A stretch of DNA of 64,000 nt. Source: Amphiscolops sp. MND2022 (taxonomy: Eukaryota). The position numbers and the translations under genes are program-made. The stretch lies in assembly GCA_964187785.1 (NCBI GenBank), contig OZ076409.1, forward strand, positions 76,882,001 to 76,946,000, written 5' to 3'. Of the stretch, positions 1 to 11,340 are shown piece after piece; positions within the stretch are counted from its first letter, which is position 1; the number at the start of each line of letters is the position of its first letter. The notes under the pieces were generated by a model. It was not told the origin of the DNA. It saw nothing but the letters and a program-made list of their open reading frames with translations, and did not search any database.

Positions 1-781
1 AATAGATACTCCCGTGTGTAGGTCCTTTATGACAGCCGCGGTACACAATCCACTCGCGTGACTGCTCGAAGTATTCGTAGATCGTGACTCCAAGCTCGCG
101 AGCGATGACGCGTGTGTCGGTCCGTGAGATGAAGTATGTGTCCCCAGGACCGTCGGTGGGAAGTTCGTCCGCGTATTCATCGTACATGTAAGCAAAGCGG
201 CCCTTTCTAATCTTCCGCACCCAGTCCTGAATGGCCACCGCAGTTTTGATACTCCCGGTCAAAATAACGCTTAAAGTAGTGCAGACACAATTATGAGGAC
301 TCGGGCAATTAACTAATTTCGCTCTAAATTTTGAAGCATCAATTTCCTCGTGATTGCTCGTTTTAAAATGCTTCACCCATTTGATGCCGATCTTTCTGCA
401 TAAAAATTTTCTCTTCTTTTTGGAACAATGAACCATAGGACCACTCCGTCGAACGGCGATACGGGAGTCAGCGCAAAAGGAACAATTAGCTACAATGTCT
501 GCACATGCAAGTCTCAAATAAGGAACGATAAAAATATCACGGGCACGAAGGTAAAGATCATTTGCAGGGGGGTGGCTCTCTCTTTCATGTAAACTCCGTA
601 AGTGATCCTCGATCTCATCAGAGAGTAAAATGCGGCGGCCCCCACAAAATAATCGCCCGTCAATAAATTGGCACTGCTTAGCTTTCCGTCTGAGGGATCT
701 TCGGTCATTCAGGGAAAATGTAGGCGGGAAAGTTCTTGAAGTAAAATACAAAACGAACGCCAAGAAGAGTTCTTTATCCAT
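1..781 (-). CDS. Partial ORF (3' end outside window): integrase-type H2C2 zinc-binding domain fused to an OTU-like cysteine protease domain
   Basis: Hand translation from ATG at 781 is open for 260 codons to the window edge (in-frame TGA upstream at 809-811): MDKELFLAFVLYFTSRTFPPTFSLNDRRSLRRKAKQCQFIDGRLFCGGRRILLSDEIEDHLRSLHERESHPPANDLYLRARDIFIVPYLRLACADIVANCSFCAD...FLCRKIGIKW...CPSPHNCVCTTLSVILTGS...VIARELGVTIYEYFEQSREWIVY...GSIY. H-x4-H-x29-C-x2-C spacing; OTU-like NC..LS.ILTG and LGVTIY..W..Y..IY motifs; GC visibly higher than the flanks. Confidence 0.7.
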   Translation of the reverse strand, partial: MDKELFLAFVLYFTSRTFPPTFSLNDRRSLRRKAKQCQFIDGRLFCGGRRILLSDEIEDHLRSLHERESHPPANDLYLRARDIFIVPYLRLACADIVANCSFCADSRIAVRRSGPMVHCSKKKRKFLCRKIGIKWVKHFKTSNHEEIDASKFRAKLVNCPSPHNCVCTTLSVILTGSIKTAVAIQDWVRKIRKGRFAYMYDEYADELPTDGPGDTYFISRTDTRVIARELGVTIYEYFEQSREWIVYRGCHKGPTHGSIY

Positions 782-845
782 GATGCAAGTTTTCACGTGA
801 AATAGATATCAACTGTTTGTTGTAAGGTGAATGGAATAAACTGAC

Positions 846-976
846 TGCGTACGCACGTGAGTTGCGCACTATGCTAGCGCTCGCTACGGAAAGGCCGCTA
901 CAACGCTGCGGGGGGATTATTACGTCATCAATACAGGGAACCTGCTCCGCTAGCCGCAGCAACTTGTGACGTCACA
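846..976. promoter_or_regulatory. ACGT-core motif cluster upstream of the H2C2-OTU ORF (putative promoter)
   Basis: GCACGTG, TTACGTCA and a perfect 12-bp palindrome TGTGACGTCACA (965-976) within ~200 bp upstream of the ATG at 781; function inferred only. Confidence 0.25.
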
Positions 977-1020
977 GCAGAGGGAAAATAGGACATCAGA
1001 TTTTAGTATTTTAGGGACCT

Positions 1021-1356
1021 GACCACTTTTTTCCTCGCTAGCCCTTTTACCTTAAAAATGGTCGGATTTAGATGAAATTTGGCACGAATATAATAGAGGT
1101 CATGTGCAAACTACATGCAAAATTTCAGCTTGCTACGATTACCGCAACCCTAGTTTTTTCAACTCGGAAGTGGGCTATGTCAAAAAGGTTCTCTGCAACC
1201 CGACCACTTTTTTCCGCGCTAGCACTCTTACCTGAAAACTTGTCCGATTTGGATCAAAATTTGCACAATTATACTACTGATCAATGACTACCTACATGCA
1301 AAAATCCAGATTGCTAAAACCACTCCGAACCCCCGTTTTCGAACCCGGAAGTGGGT
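1021..1356. repeat. Two diverged ~181-bp direct repeats, probably subterminal repeats of a DNA transposon arm
   Basis: GACCACTTTTTTCC..GCTAGC...CTACATGCAAAA...CGGAAGTGGG occurs at 1021 and again at 1202. Confidence 0.65.
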
Positions 1357-3730
1357 GAATTGACAACAACCGGAAGTTCTAGAAATAACCCTTAAACCAA
1401 GTTCCAGGGCGCACCATTATCGCCCAAACGGAATGTAAACGTCTCTCAACTAAGTATGGGTCATTTCTAAATAGTTTTTTGGTCGTTTGACCCTAAATAA
1501 GCTCAAACTATCGAAAATCCGGATACCCTAAAACCCAAAACTAAAAAAAAATCATTCAAACTTGGTTAATTCAACAAGGGGGGCATCATGAAGCTTATTT
1601 TTACCACCCTATTAGTTGTTGGGGCATTGGAAATGTCCGGGGAGATCCAAATTGATCCTGGAAACGGGAATCGGTATATTCGAGATTCGAGAAAATAACC
1701 CTAACCCTAAATTTGGAAATGACCCATACGGCCGTTGCAAATAGTGGTGTTGTATATCGATCGAAACGGCGTCGTGTCACGAGGCCAATTAAAGTGCCCA
1801 TTTTTCAAATTTCAACCAATTTGAACCATTTCGCCTTTTCTAGGGTTTTTCATGAGAAAATCGGGTTCTACATATATTGAGACTAGTGATCGGATTTTTT
1901 TTCAAACTTCGAATGACCTAAAATAGCATGATGCTTATATCAGCGCGACTACGAAATTCTCCAAGCAGCGTTACGCGAAACCTCATTAATTATGCAGAGC
2001 GCATTACGCTCCGCCAGCTGCAGATAGAGTATTAGCAAAGCAAGTCCCTTTTCAGTGCGGCGAATGCTCTTTCAAGTGGAACACTTTTGTTTATTGCAAT
2101 TATATAGCCTCGAGGAACAATTTATCTATTGCTTCTGTATTGAGCATATTTAATGACGTTGAGCTATTGAACAACGGCGGGAAGCTGACAGCTTTATTGA
2201 AATAATAGACTGCGAGGCGCCGAGGCGACTCTGCCAGCTGCACTAATGAGGCCGCGTGTGTTCTTTACTGTTCCACTTGAAAGCGCAAGCGTTAAGATGA
2301 AAAATAGATTAAATACGATAACAAACATAATATCTAATAAAGCCGAGCAGTTCATGCTGATCCAGATAAGCGAAAACCGAAGAAAATAATACAAACTTTG
2401 CAGAGGAGGAAAAACAAAAAAAACCGACGCCCCCGGACGCAATAAAATAAAACGAAACCGGCTCGTCGGAAACGAAAGAGGAGAGGAGAGACAGACCGTG
2501 TAGAGAATAGTTGTGTGCTCAGAGAAGAGAAAATAGTGAAAAAAAAAAGAAAAACATTGAGAGGCCGGGCCCCTCATACAGAAAATAACACATACATTTT
2601 TTGCCTGATTGTCTAATTAGTGAGCTGAGAAACACGTTGAACCCAACCCCATTCAATTAACGTTGTTTGTATTGATTACCCGGTGCCGCTCGTACGTACC
2701 TGCATCTATTTGGAAGCATTTTGTGTTTGTGTGTTAGTATTTTCTTTCCATATTTCTCACCCGTATCTATTTGAAGCACTATTGTTATTCGTGGGTGCAC
2801 TGTGTTTAAATATAAAGAAACCCCGCTTATTTGAAGTCTTGTTTGCTGAATATTCCCGCTATTCAGGGAAAAGTAGTGTTTTCTTTCGCTTTTCGAAAAG
2901 AATAATTGATTGTTGTGTGGCGTTCTTTTGCCAAACAAGAGCCGAGGCCCTGATAGAGACAGGTCAAACTCAGAAAAAAAGGGAAAAACTGATTGAACGT
3001 TGAATAACTGGAACCTTTTCTGCCCGTTGCGGCCTGCTACTTTTCGGTATTAAAAAAATCTTGTGGAACACCTAGCTCTCGATTCGCCTCGTCGAGAGTG
3101 TCGCGACTCAAATAGGTGTTGATTGTCGGTCGCAGTCACAAAAAAAAGAGCCGGGCCGACAACTTTTCTACAATTTCATGTTAATATTTTCCTTTATTTT
3201 TACAAGAATATTTCTTGTAAACAAAATTCATCCCTTTCGAACGCTCCTGATTGGTGTTTGATGAAATGCAGAAACGATCATAGGCTTGTTAAAACCTTCC
3301 ATTGATAATAAAACAGGCAGCTTTCTGCCATGGATAATCATGGATGAATCATGATTCTCAAAAGAGCCATTTTCATGGGTAATTAGCCATGATTCGAACA
3401 TAACGAAAATCGCCATGAAGGACTAGCCACGATTTAAATGTAATGAAAACCATGGACAATTAGAAGGTGCCACCAAAAGTTGACTTTGAAATCTGAAATT
3501 TCGACCCCAAACATTTGACTTTATTGACCAAAAATCGAAAAATTGACATTGAAAATTGATTTCTTAAACCAAAAACTGACGAAACCTAACCCTAGACTCA
3601 ATAAAAATCGATAATTCATAGCAAATGCCTGGTTAGTTACAGGATATATAAAAAATAACACGGAGAATCAAAAAGAAATCATCAAATAGATATATCCAGT
3701 TTGGACGCAAATGAGTATTTCTACTCTTCT

Positions 3731-4914
3731 AAGTTTGCGCCCTTGAGAACCAAGCACGTGCCTTACTTAACTTCATTTTTTTTAAAAAAAACAAATTGAA
3801 TAGATCTTTGTTATCAACTAAATATAACTTTGTCAATGTCTCAATGTCATGAAACAGTTCTTGACAGTTATTGCCGGCAGATCTTTCAGATTCATAGGAT
3901 TGAGTTTCGGTTCCATTAACCAGTTATGTGCTAGAGTCCATATTTTCGAGGTTTTTGGTTTTTTCTTTCGAAATGGAAAACGAGCCCCCACGGTGTTTGT
4001 CAACAAAAATCGCTTTATCACTTTTCATAACTTCTTTGCATTTTTCGCAATATAGCTAACTTTACGTCGACGCTTCATGAAGTGAAACGCGACTATAATA
4101 GTGACTCTTTTTTCATTTTCAATCCACGCGATCTGACAAAAACGTTCTTAAAAGTTATACGAAATTTTATGATGTCTAATTGAAGCATTTGGCCCAAGGA
4201 ATTGAACCAAAAATGTTCCAAGAATTCCGGGGCGAGACTACAGGATCCCCTTTTTTTGGCGTTGTGAGACTTTTTTTCGGCGTCGCCCTTTCACTTTTTT
4301 GATATTTTGCAACAATGGATGGATTTTTAAAAATCCGAAATGGTCATTTCTTTTAGCTCGCCAGGAGCCCGCGGTAGTGGGCCCCAAGCGCGCCAATTTG
4401 GTCCAACTTTCGTTTTTTTTCGGGTACTGTAAAATAGAATACTTGACACTTTGAAGTCCTTTTGCTATTTTTGAGCATTAGATATGGTGCCGACTTGTTC
4501 CCGGCTTGTTTAAATTAACAGTGAATTTTCGGGGATATAATTGTTTAAAAGTATGAGCCTTTTCACTCTGTGTAGCAGCATGCCTAGACATTTTCAAAAT
4601 TGGGGCCATAAAAATGAGATGGCCTTTATTTGCAGTAAACGGTGTACTTGAGACGCTGTTGTCCGTCCGTTCGTTGTTTGTTGCTGTTCACCCCTCAAGT
4701 AGGCGAACAGATTACATAAATCCTGAGAACTGTCATCGAAAAGCTCACGAAAATTGACAGAATTGACCTAATTGACTTTATTGACCTCTGGTTGCCCTTA
4801 AATTAATGCCCTGAAAAGTTTGCGCCCTTGAGAACCAAGCATGTGCCTTACTTAACTTCATTTAAAAAAACAAATTGAATAGATCTTTGTTATCAACTAT
4901 ATATAACTTTGTCA
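3731..4914 (+). repeat. ~100-bp direct repeat pair (3731-3835 and 4816-4914)
   Basis: AAGTTTGCGCCCTTGAGAACCAAGCA...CAAATTGAATAGATCTTTGTTATCAACTA...ATAACTTTGTCA near-identical at both sites. Confidence 0.85.
4061..4510 (+). mobile_element. DINE-1/Helentron-like non-autonomous element, family B
   Basis: 5' GTCGACGC...CGCGACTAT hairpin; 3' GATATGGTGCCGACTTGTTCCCGGCTTGTT end shared with many copies in the window. Confidence 0.6.
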
Positions 4915-7900
4915 TGCTCATGAATGAAAAACCATGAATGAGCTATGATGGTCAACCTGGGCACACCTGCATCATCGACAGCTTGATTTCGAGGCTAATG
5001 ACTGCAGCATTTAGAAATATATGGCACGATACCTGAGGCATTCTGCCCAGTTATTCGCTGGTCCTAACTTGAGCTTCTAAGTTGAAAATGGATCTCGAAC
5101 TTGCCACAACATGGTAAACTAACTTTCACCTGTTTTCATTGATGACAAGCGTCAATCAATTTCTTGGAAGGTGAAAATTTCCCACCTGCTTGCGAATTTC
5201 ATTCTGTTATCAACATTTTGGATATATATTGGTTTCTGACAATCTTCAGCCGCTGATAAATTGAAAAAGTCTCCACATTTTTTCTCGAAGTTCTAATGTG
5301 TGGGCGAGGATTTACTTAAGCAGCGAAAAACTTGAGATTCATTTGATTTTTAGCGGTACCGTGAGAATTGAATGTTTCATGACCTCAGAAAGTGCAAGTA
5401 CGAGAATGAATGCTCCAGTTTCTTTGAATAGTGACCTAATTTTCCTCTACAGCAAATAGGCGGAAATTGACTTAATCTTTTGCACTATTGTTGCATTATT
5501 CGGCCCTTATGGAATGATTTAGATAATTACAAATCAATATCGATGAGATCAGAATAATTAAAATTCTATGAACCATAAGAAATATTATTGAACGGTTTTT
5601 GTAGTTTTTCTCATCAACGACTCAGACACACGAATAAAGAATATCATGCATTCTGTGAATGAGAAATATGAACTAGCCGGGAACGACTCTAAACTTTTGT
5701 CTAATTTTGGAAATATTTTTTTCTGCTGTCAGTCGATGATCACCCGAAGACAGTGCTTGTTAAGTTTGAAAATTGATACTTTGATTTCGAAAAATTTCCT
5801 AATTCGCAAATTCGAATAAAAATTGTCGAAAAAACGTTAGGCTACTTGGCAAAACGCGCCCCTAACTAAAAACGACTGTGTTTTCTGATACTTCGCCGCC
5901 AGCAACTTGAAATTCGTCACTCCAATTGAGTACTGGTCAATCTTTTACTTGAAAACGATGCCTTGACAAGTAGTCTTACCAAAAGATTATATATTACGTT
6001 AAGAAATGCAAATGTTTCCAAGCTCACAACTTTTTCATACTGAAGTGGTGGGTTCGATCGAAGCACATGGTGAAATCTATGTTACTGATTAAAGTTTTAT
6101 TGAAGTTGAGCTTTTTCTTATTTCCTGGAACTGTTTACTATTAGATCAAAAGGTTTTTAAAATGGCAACTGTTTTTTTCCTATTTCCTGTAAAAAGTTTG
6201 ATGAACTGGCCAGTGAGATCGTTTGACAATTTCATCAATATAGCGTTGAGTTGTAAGTCAATATGATGTTTCAGTAAAAGAGTTTCAAAATCCAAAAAAA
6301 AATACATCACAAAGTCCCGAAAACACCAATGGACACCAAAAAGATCATGAGTGGCCAAAATTATTGTTTAAGTGGTGGATATTTTGTTCATATTGAATTT
6401 TTGCTGGCACAATGACCCCTAGAATCTATAACACATGAAAAAATTTAATTTTTTTTTGACAAAAAGTGTTTAATGATGTTTTGCGTACTTTGTGAGGTAA
6501 GTTCACGGACCGGAGGACATTCTTCAATCCCTTTTTTTGTTCTCATCCTTGCTGACAATTTCATACAGCATCCAAAATGGGAATTTAACAATTCTCAATA
6601 AGAAAACACTGTTAAAGTAATACGCCAAGAAAAACTTAAATATAATCGTTTCTGTAGAACCTAAAATAGACGCACAAGTACAATTGGTCATCAAGGTCGT
6701 TCAGCAGGTGTTTATCAATCAGCATTACTTGTAAAAGATACATGTATATGTCACTGTAACAACTGTAGATAACTTTCAGCAGATGCCCCATCTTAAGGTT
6801 CTTCAGAATAGGATAACTGACAACTCCCTGCAGTTATTTTACGTCAAAGTTATGTAATGTATAAAAACTATGAAAAGACCCGGGAGATGTAAAAAGATGA
6901 TTTAGCTCACAGTATTGAGCCTTTATCAACTGACGGCCGTCAATCAAGAAAATGAAACTGCATGATATTGATGATTCAATATCTTGCAAATATGCAACTT
7001 GCCTCCCAGTAATGTTCATTTCCTTTTGTGAATGAAGAAAAATTGTGTGATAATTGCGTTTAAGTCGTTTTTTTGGAGGTTATAGCAATGTAACTAAGCC
7101 GAATGCAAACTTTAGATCACATGTAAAAAAAATAAAACCCGGTTCGAAAATTGGAAATTGAACAGTTGCTCAGCATTCAATTCAAATGAACAATGGTTTA
7201 CATTCTAAAAAAGTCGTAATATTCTCAAAGAAAATTCCAGTCAACTTCAGGGATTACTCATTGAATATATAACTAAAACGCTCGTTAAAAAAAGAAAAAT
7301 GCGACTGAGGTCTTTATAAAGAAGCAAATGATAAAATCTATGTCAGTGATTTTAGTTTTTAAAATAGTTTCCTGAGATGAACCTTCCATCTTAGAAATTC
7401 GTAAATTTTACAACTAAACATTCGACCTCAGTTACATTCTTTCCGTTTTTAAATAGCAATTTAGTTCTAATTGCAACGAAGAGCCTTGAAGTTGACTGAA
7501 AATGGTTTTTTAAGTACGTTCTCTTCAACAGTTCACTCACTCATTGCCCAAACGTAAAAGTAGGAAGCCAGACAGGAACCACTTATTTCGTTGGCCCGGT
7601 CAAGACTCAAAAATCACTAGTTTTTCAAAATTTCCCAGCAGCTTCTGAAACATCTAGCCAGTTAATACTCCTGGGAAAATTTCCATTCCGCATTCATGCA
7701 TACAAGGCTAGTTTCGTTTACAAAACATGGAAGAAAATTCCGGGAGCCTGATTAGAAGAACTTTGTAGGATTTCAATGCACTAATTGTGACGTAGTTCTA
7801 TTTATGTCTGCATGAAGTCAGGGAAAAAATTCGAAAAGGTGCTTCAGAAACAGAATTCCTTTCTTGAAGAACCGTCATGGGGATCAGTAGCTCTTCTCAA

Positions 7901-8463
7901 ACGGCTGCATTTGTAAAGATGTTTTTGATAACCAATTTGTATCTCATCAACCCCAGATTAGATAACAACTTGGTCAATCAATATTTCACAGATTTCTCTC
8001 GCACCAACACTGGTTTTCGTTCGAGCACAGACGGGAAACCGAAATCAAAAGTAGACAAGAGATATGCAAAAGGTACGACCTTCGGGATCCAGGAACGAGC
8101 AGTTTGTAGAACTACGCGTATCAGAAAACGAAATCATAAATCCAAAAGATTGAGATTTTCTTCGAAGGGCCTCGGAAATGAGGGAACTAGGACACCCTGC
8201 GAAACTAATATTCCAAAAAAGTGGTCAACTTATTGGGCCTTTCTCAACTTATAGTGTCCAAAAAGGTCCAAGATAGCGAGACTCGCCTCCACGTGCTCCT
8301 GCTTCGTCAATAGGATTAGAAGTTCTCATTTAACACCACTAGGCCAAGTGGAAATGAGACAAACTAACCTATGGTAAGCCAACGACTAACTGACTCACTA
8401 GTTTGAAATTCTTATAGAAATCCATCAGTTCGCAGGTGTTTAAAAACCCACTGCTATAGTCTG

Positions 8464-9829
8464 TTTTTTAGTCGGCGCTTTTCCTTTAAGGGAAAAATGC
8501 CCGACTATAGCAGTGACTGTTTTTAGTCGGCGCCTTTTCCCTTAAGGAAAAAAGCCCGACTCTTACAGTGAGTAGTTTTTTTTTTCAGTTGACAATCTCA
8601 CTCTGAGTGGTCCACTTTTCTTACAATTTTTGTTCATCTTTCATATTTGTTCATCTTTCATCTTCGACCCAGCCGGAGAGCGTGGGTTCGAATCCCGCAC
8701 TAAACCATAAATTTTTAATGAGTTTTTCGGCATTGTGCGACCTAAAAAATACTTTTTTTCGAAAAAAAAATCAAAAATTTTTTTTGAAAAAAAATTTTTT
8801 TCCAAATTTTTCCAATAGTTGTTCCTTGAATATTTTTGAGCCTAAGATATGGCGCCGACTTGGGACGTTCCCGTCTTGTTTTTCTTCAGACTACAATCCT
8901 CACACTGATCGGTCCACTTTTTAGAAATAATTCTGAAACCACATAAGGCGTCCAGTCCGGCAAAGGGGCCAAGGCAAACTTAGTGCAAAGGGTCCCCCCT
9001 TTCATTTTTTACTTTTTCAAGGTAACCTACAAAACCGGACGGGACTGAAGGTCCCCCTTTCGATTTTTTTTTCGGCACTGTGCGACTTTTTTTCGAAAAT
9101 TTTTTAATGTTCCCAAAGGGTCCCCCTTTCATTTTTTACTTTTTTTAACGTAACCTACAAAGCCGGCCGAGACTAAAGGGTCCCCCCTTTTGATATTTTC
9201 GGCACTCTGCGACTTTTTTTCGAAAATTTTTTAATGTCCCCAAAGGGTCCCCCCTTCGAGTTTTTTGTTATTTTGCAACAGAATGCATGTTTATAAATCA
9301 AAAAGACATTTTTCGGCACTGTGTGACATTTTCCGAAAGAAAAAAATTTTCGAAAATTTCAAGTGTTTTTCCAAAAAAAATGTTTTGCGCTTTTTCAGCC
9401 TTAGATATAGCGCCGACTTTAGACATTCCCGTCTTGTTTCTTCAGAAAACGCCGACTAAAACTTGATCATTTGTAGTCGGGGCTTTTCTAGAGAAAAGAG
9501 TCGACTATAGCCATGGCTTTTCGTCAGTGTTTTTTTACCCACCTGGAGTGACCAAAATAGTTCTACCACAAAAGTTCTACAACATTTTAAGAATCCGCCA
9601 AATTTTACCCGTTGACCCAAGGACCTGAACCAAAAAAGTTTCCAGCGTAAATACAACACCGGACGAGACCTGAGGATCCTCCTTTCAGTGTTTTCGGCAT
9701 TGCGAGACTTTTTTTCAACTTTTGTTTCATAAAAGTGTCCCTAATTCACCAACAGTTTGGTATTATGAAGTCCTTTTGCTACTTTTGAGCCTCAGATATG
9801 GCGCCGACTTGGGCCTGTCCCGGCTTGTT
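8464..9829 (+). mobile_element. Cluster of family-B DINE-1/Helentron-like elements: 8521-8880 nested in 8464-9438, followed by 9471-9829
   Basis: 5' subTIR TTTAGTCGGCGC plus partial inverted copy (GCCCGACT); 3' subTIR GGCGCCGACTT plus short stem-loop and CTTGTT; internal AAAGGGTCCCCCC tandem units. Comparison with the copy at 42638 shows the outer element resumes at 8881. Confidence 0.7.
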
Positions 9830-10151
9830 GTTTCCGATTTCAATCCCAAATATGATATTTGAAACAATTCTTTTGTGTTCAATTACAAACTGAATTTTGA
9901 AAACCTTTTACAACCTTTTCCTGTCAACGCTAATTTTTCAAATCCTAGCATTTTTAACGTTACCTATATCAATTTTTTATTTTCTGATTCCACAATTTAT
10001 TATCTTGAGGAAAATTATCATCTGTGTTGCGTTTTTTTTCCAAATTCTGCCAAAACTCCACTTCATCTCCACTCCACTTCACTTGGTTACTTGACTATTT
10101 TTAGATACTTGACTATTCTACTAGTAACTATATAGTCAAGTAACTAAAATA

Positions 10152-10224
10152 GCGCCATGGCGCAGCTGGTAGTGCGTCTGCCTGCCAGGGACAATGTCAT
10201 GGGTTCAAGCCCGGCCTGGCTTTT
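10152..10224 (+). pseudogene. tRNA-derived sequence (Gly-GCC-like) inside a Helentron-like element
   Basis: A-box TGGCGCAGCTGG, GCCTGCCA anticodon-loop-like segment, B-box GGTTCAAGCCC, CCCGGCC, then TTTT; acceptor and anticodon stems are poorly paired. Confidence 0.55.
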
Positions 10225-10262
10225 GTCGGACCAAAATATCCCGGTGTAAAGCGGGCGTCTTG

Positions 10263-10487
10263 TTATTTTCCGCACATATATAATAGGGGAAGAAAATCAT
10301 AGTCTGTGTTGCATTTATTCCAAATTCTGCCAAATTTCCACGATCACCGACCACTTCTTGACTATTTCTAAAATAGGCAATTACCTAAAATAGCTATAGC
10401 CTAGCACCGTGGCTATAGCTGAGCACCGTGGCCATATATGGCTCAGTTGAAGCTGAAACTATCCGGTGCTCAGCGAGCGTCTTGTTG
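10263..10487 (+). mobile_element. Short Helentron/DINE-1-like element related to family A, head-to-tail with a similar element at ~9830-10263
   Basis: Begins TATTTTCCGC, ends stem-loop plus GCGTCTTGTT; shares core TCTGTGTTGC..TTCCAAATTCTGCCAAA..CTAAAATAGC with 10010-10155. Confidence 0.55.
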
Positions 10488-11149
10488 TTATAATGCTTCG
10501 TGTAGTGTAAAATCTTCCAATTTTATCGACCTAAATGGATATGTTTTTTTTCTTATAGTTCCATGTTTGTCAAGCAACTGCGTAAGTGTAATAACCAGCT
10601 TTTCTGAACACTATTGTGATTGTGTTAGGACATGCCCACAAAATTTGATGTCATGCTCAGTTCGATTCATAAAAAAACATGAACAAAAGCAAAAATGTTA
10701 CGAGGTAAAACTCGGAATAAAAGGAAATTTTCATTTCGCGTCCTAATGATGTAATTTTTGGAACTGATTGTTTACTTGCTACTCAGATGCCTTTTTTCTA
10801 GTTATGTGAATCCCCGCATCTTGACGTTATCCAATTTCCCAGATACTACAATTCGTTCTATTTGAGGAAAGTAATCATCTGTAAGTACATCATCTGTAAC
10901 ATACAGTACCGGGCGATACTAAAGGGTCCCGCTTTTCAGTTTTTTTTGGCAATGTGCGACTTTTTTTCTTTTTAGTTTTTAGAGGCTAATAAAATCCTAA
11001 ACGTTGGTTTTCTGTTCTTATCATGCTTCATTTGTTTCAATTGAGGACCGGAGAGTACAACAGAATTCATCTAATTTCACACCGCTTTATTTCACCTTGC
11101 GCATAATTTCATTCAAACCCAAAACCACATCATGTCATAGCTATAAATA

Positions 11150-11340
11150 TGTTGTAACTCTCTTCTATAACTGTGAGTAGCATTGACAATTCAAACTTTA
11201 TTCTATCTTGTTCTGAGACTTTATGATAGTTCATCATCTGCATACAATAGGCAGGTACTTGATAAAAAGAACAACAGTATATAATCATATAAATACAGAC
11301 TAATTAACATGTAAGTAAAGAGTCTGAGTCTTCTACTACT
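11150..11340 (-). repeat. 3' LTR of element 1
   Basis: Identical to 17014-17204 except the terminal base next to the PPT (T at 11340 vs A at 17204); PPT complement TTCCCCCCTTC at 11341-11351. Confidence 0.95.

Noticed and set aside
514..708. 64-aa ORF in the track
   Set aside because: Alternative frame overlapping the longer 781-to-<1 ORF that carries recognisable motifs.
6500..7020. Possible minus-strand host exons
   Set aside because: Splice-like signals and short open frames, but no recognisable protein or consistent gene model.
10152..10224. Functional tRNA gene
   Set aside because: Acceptor and anticodon stems do not pair properly; embedded in a repeat.
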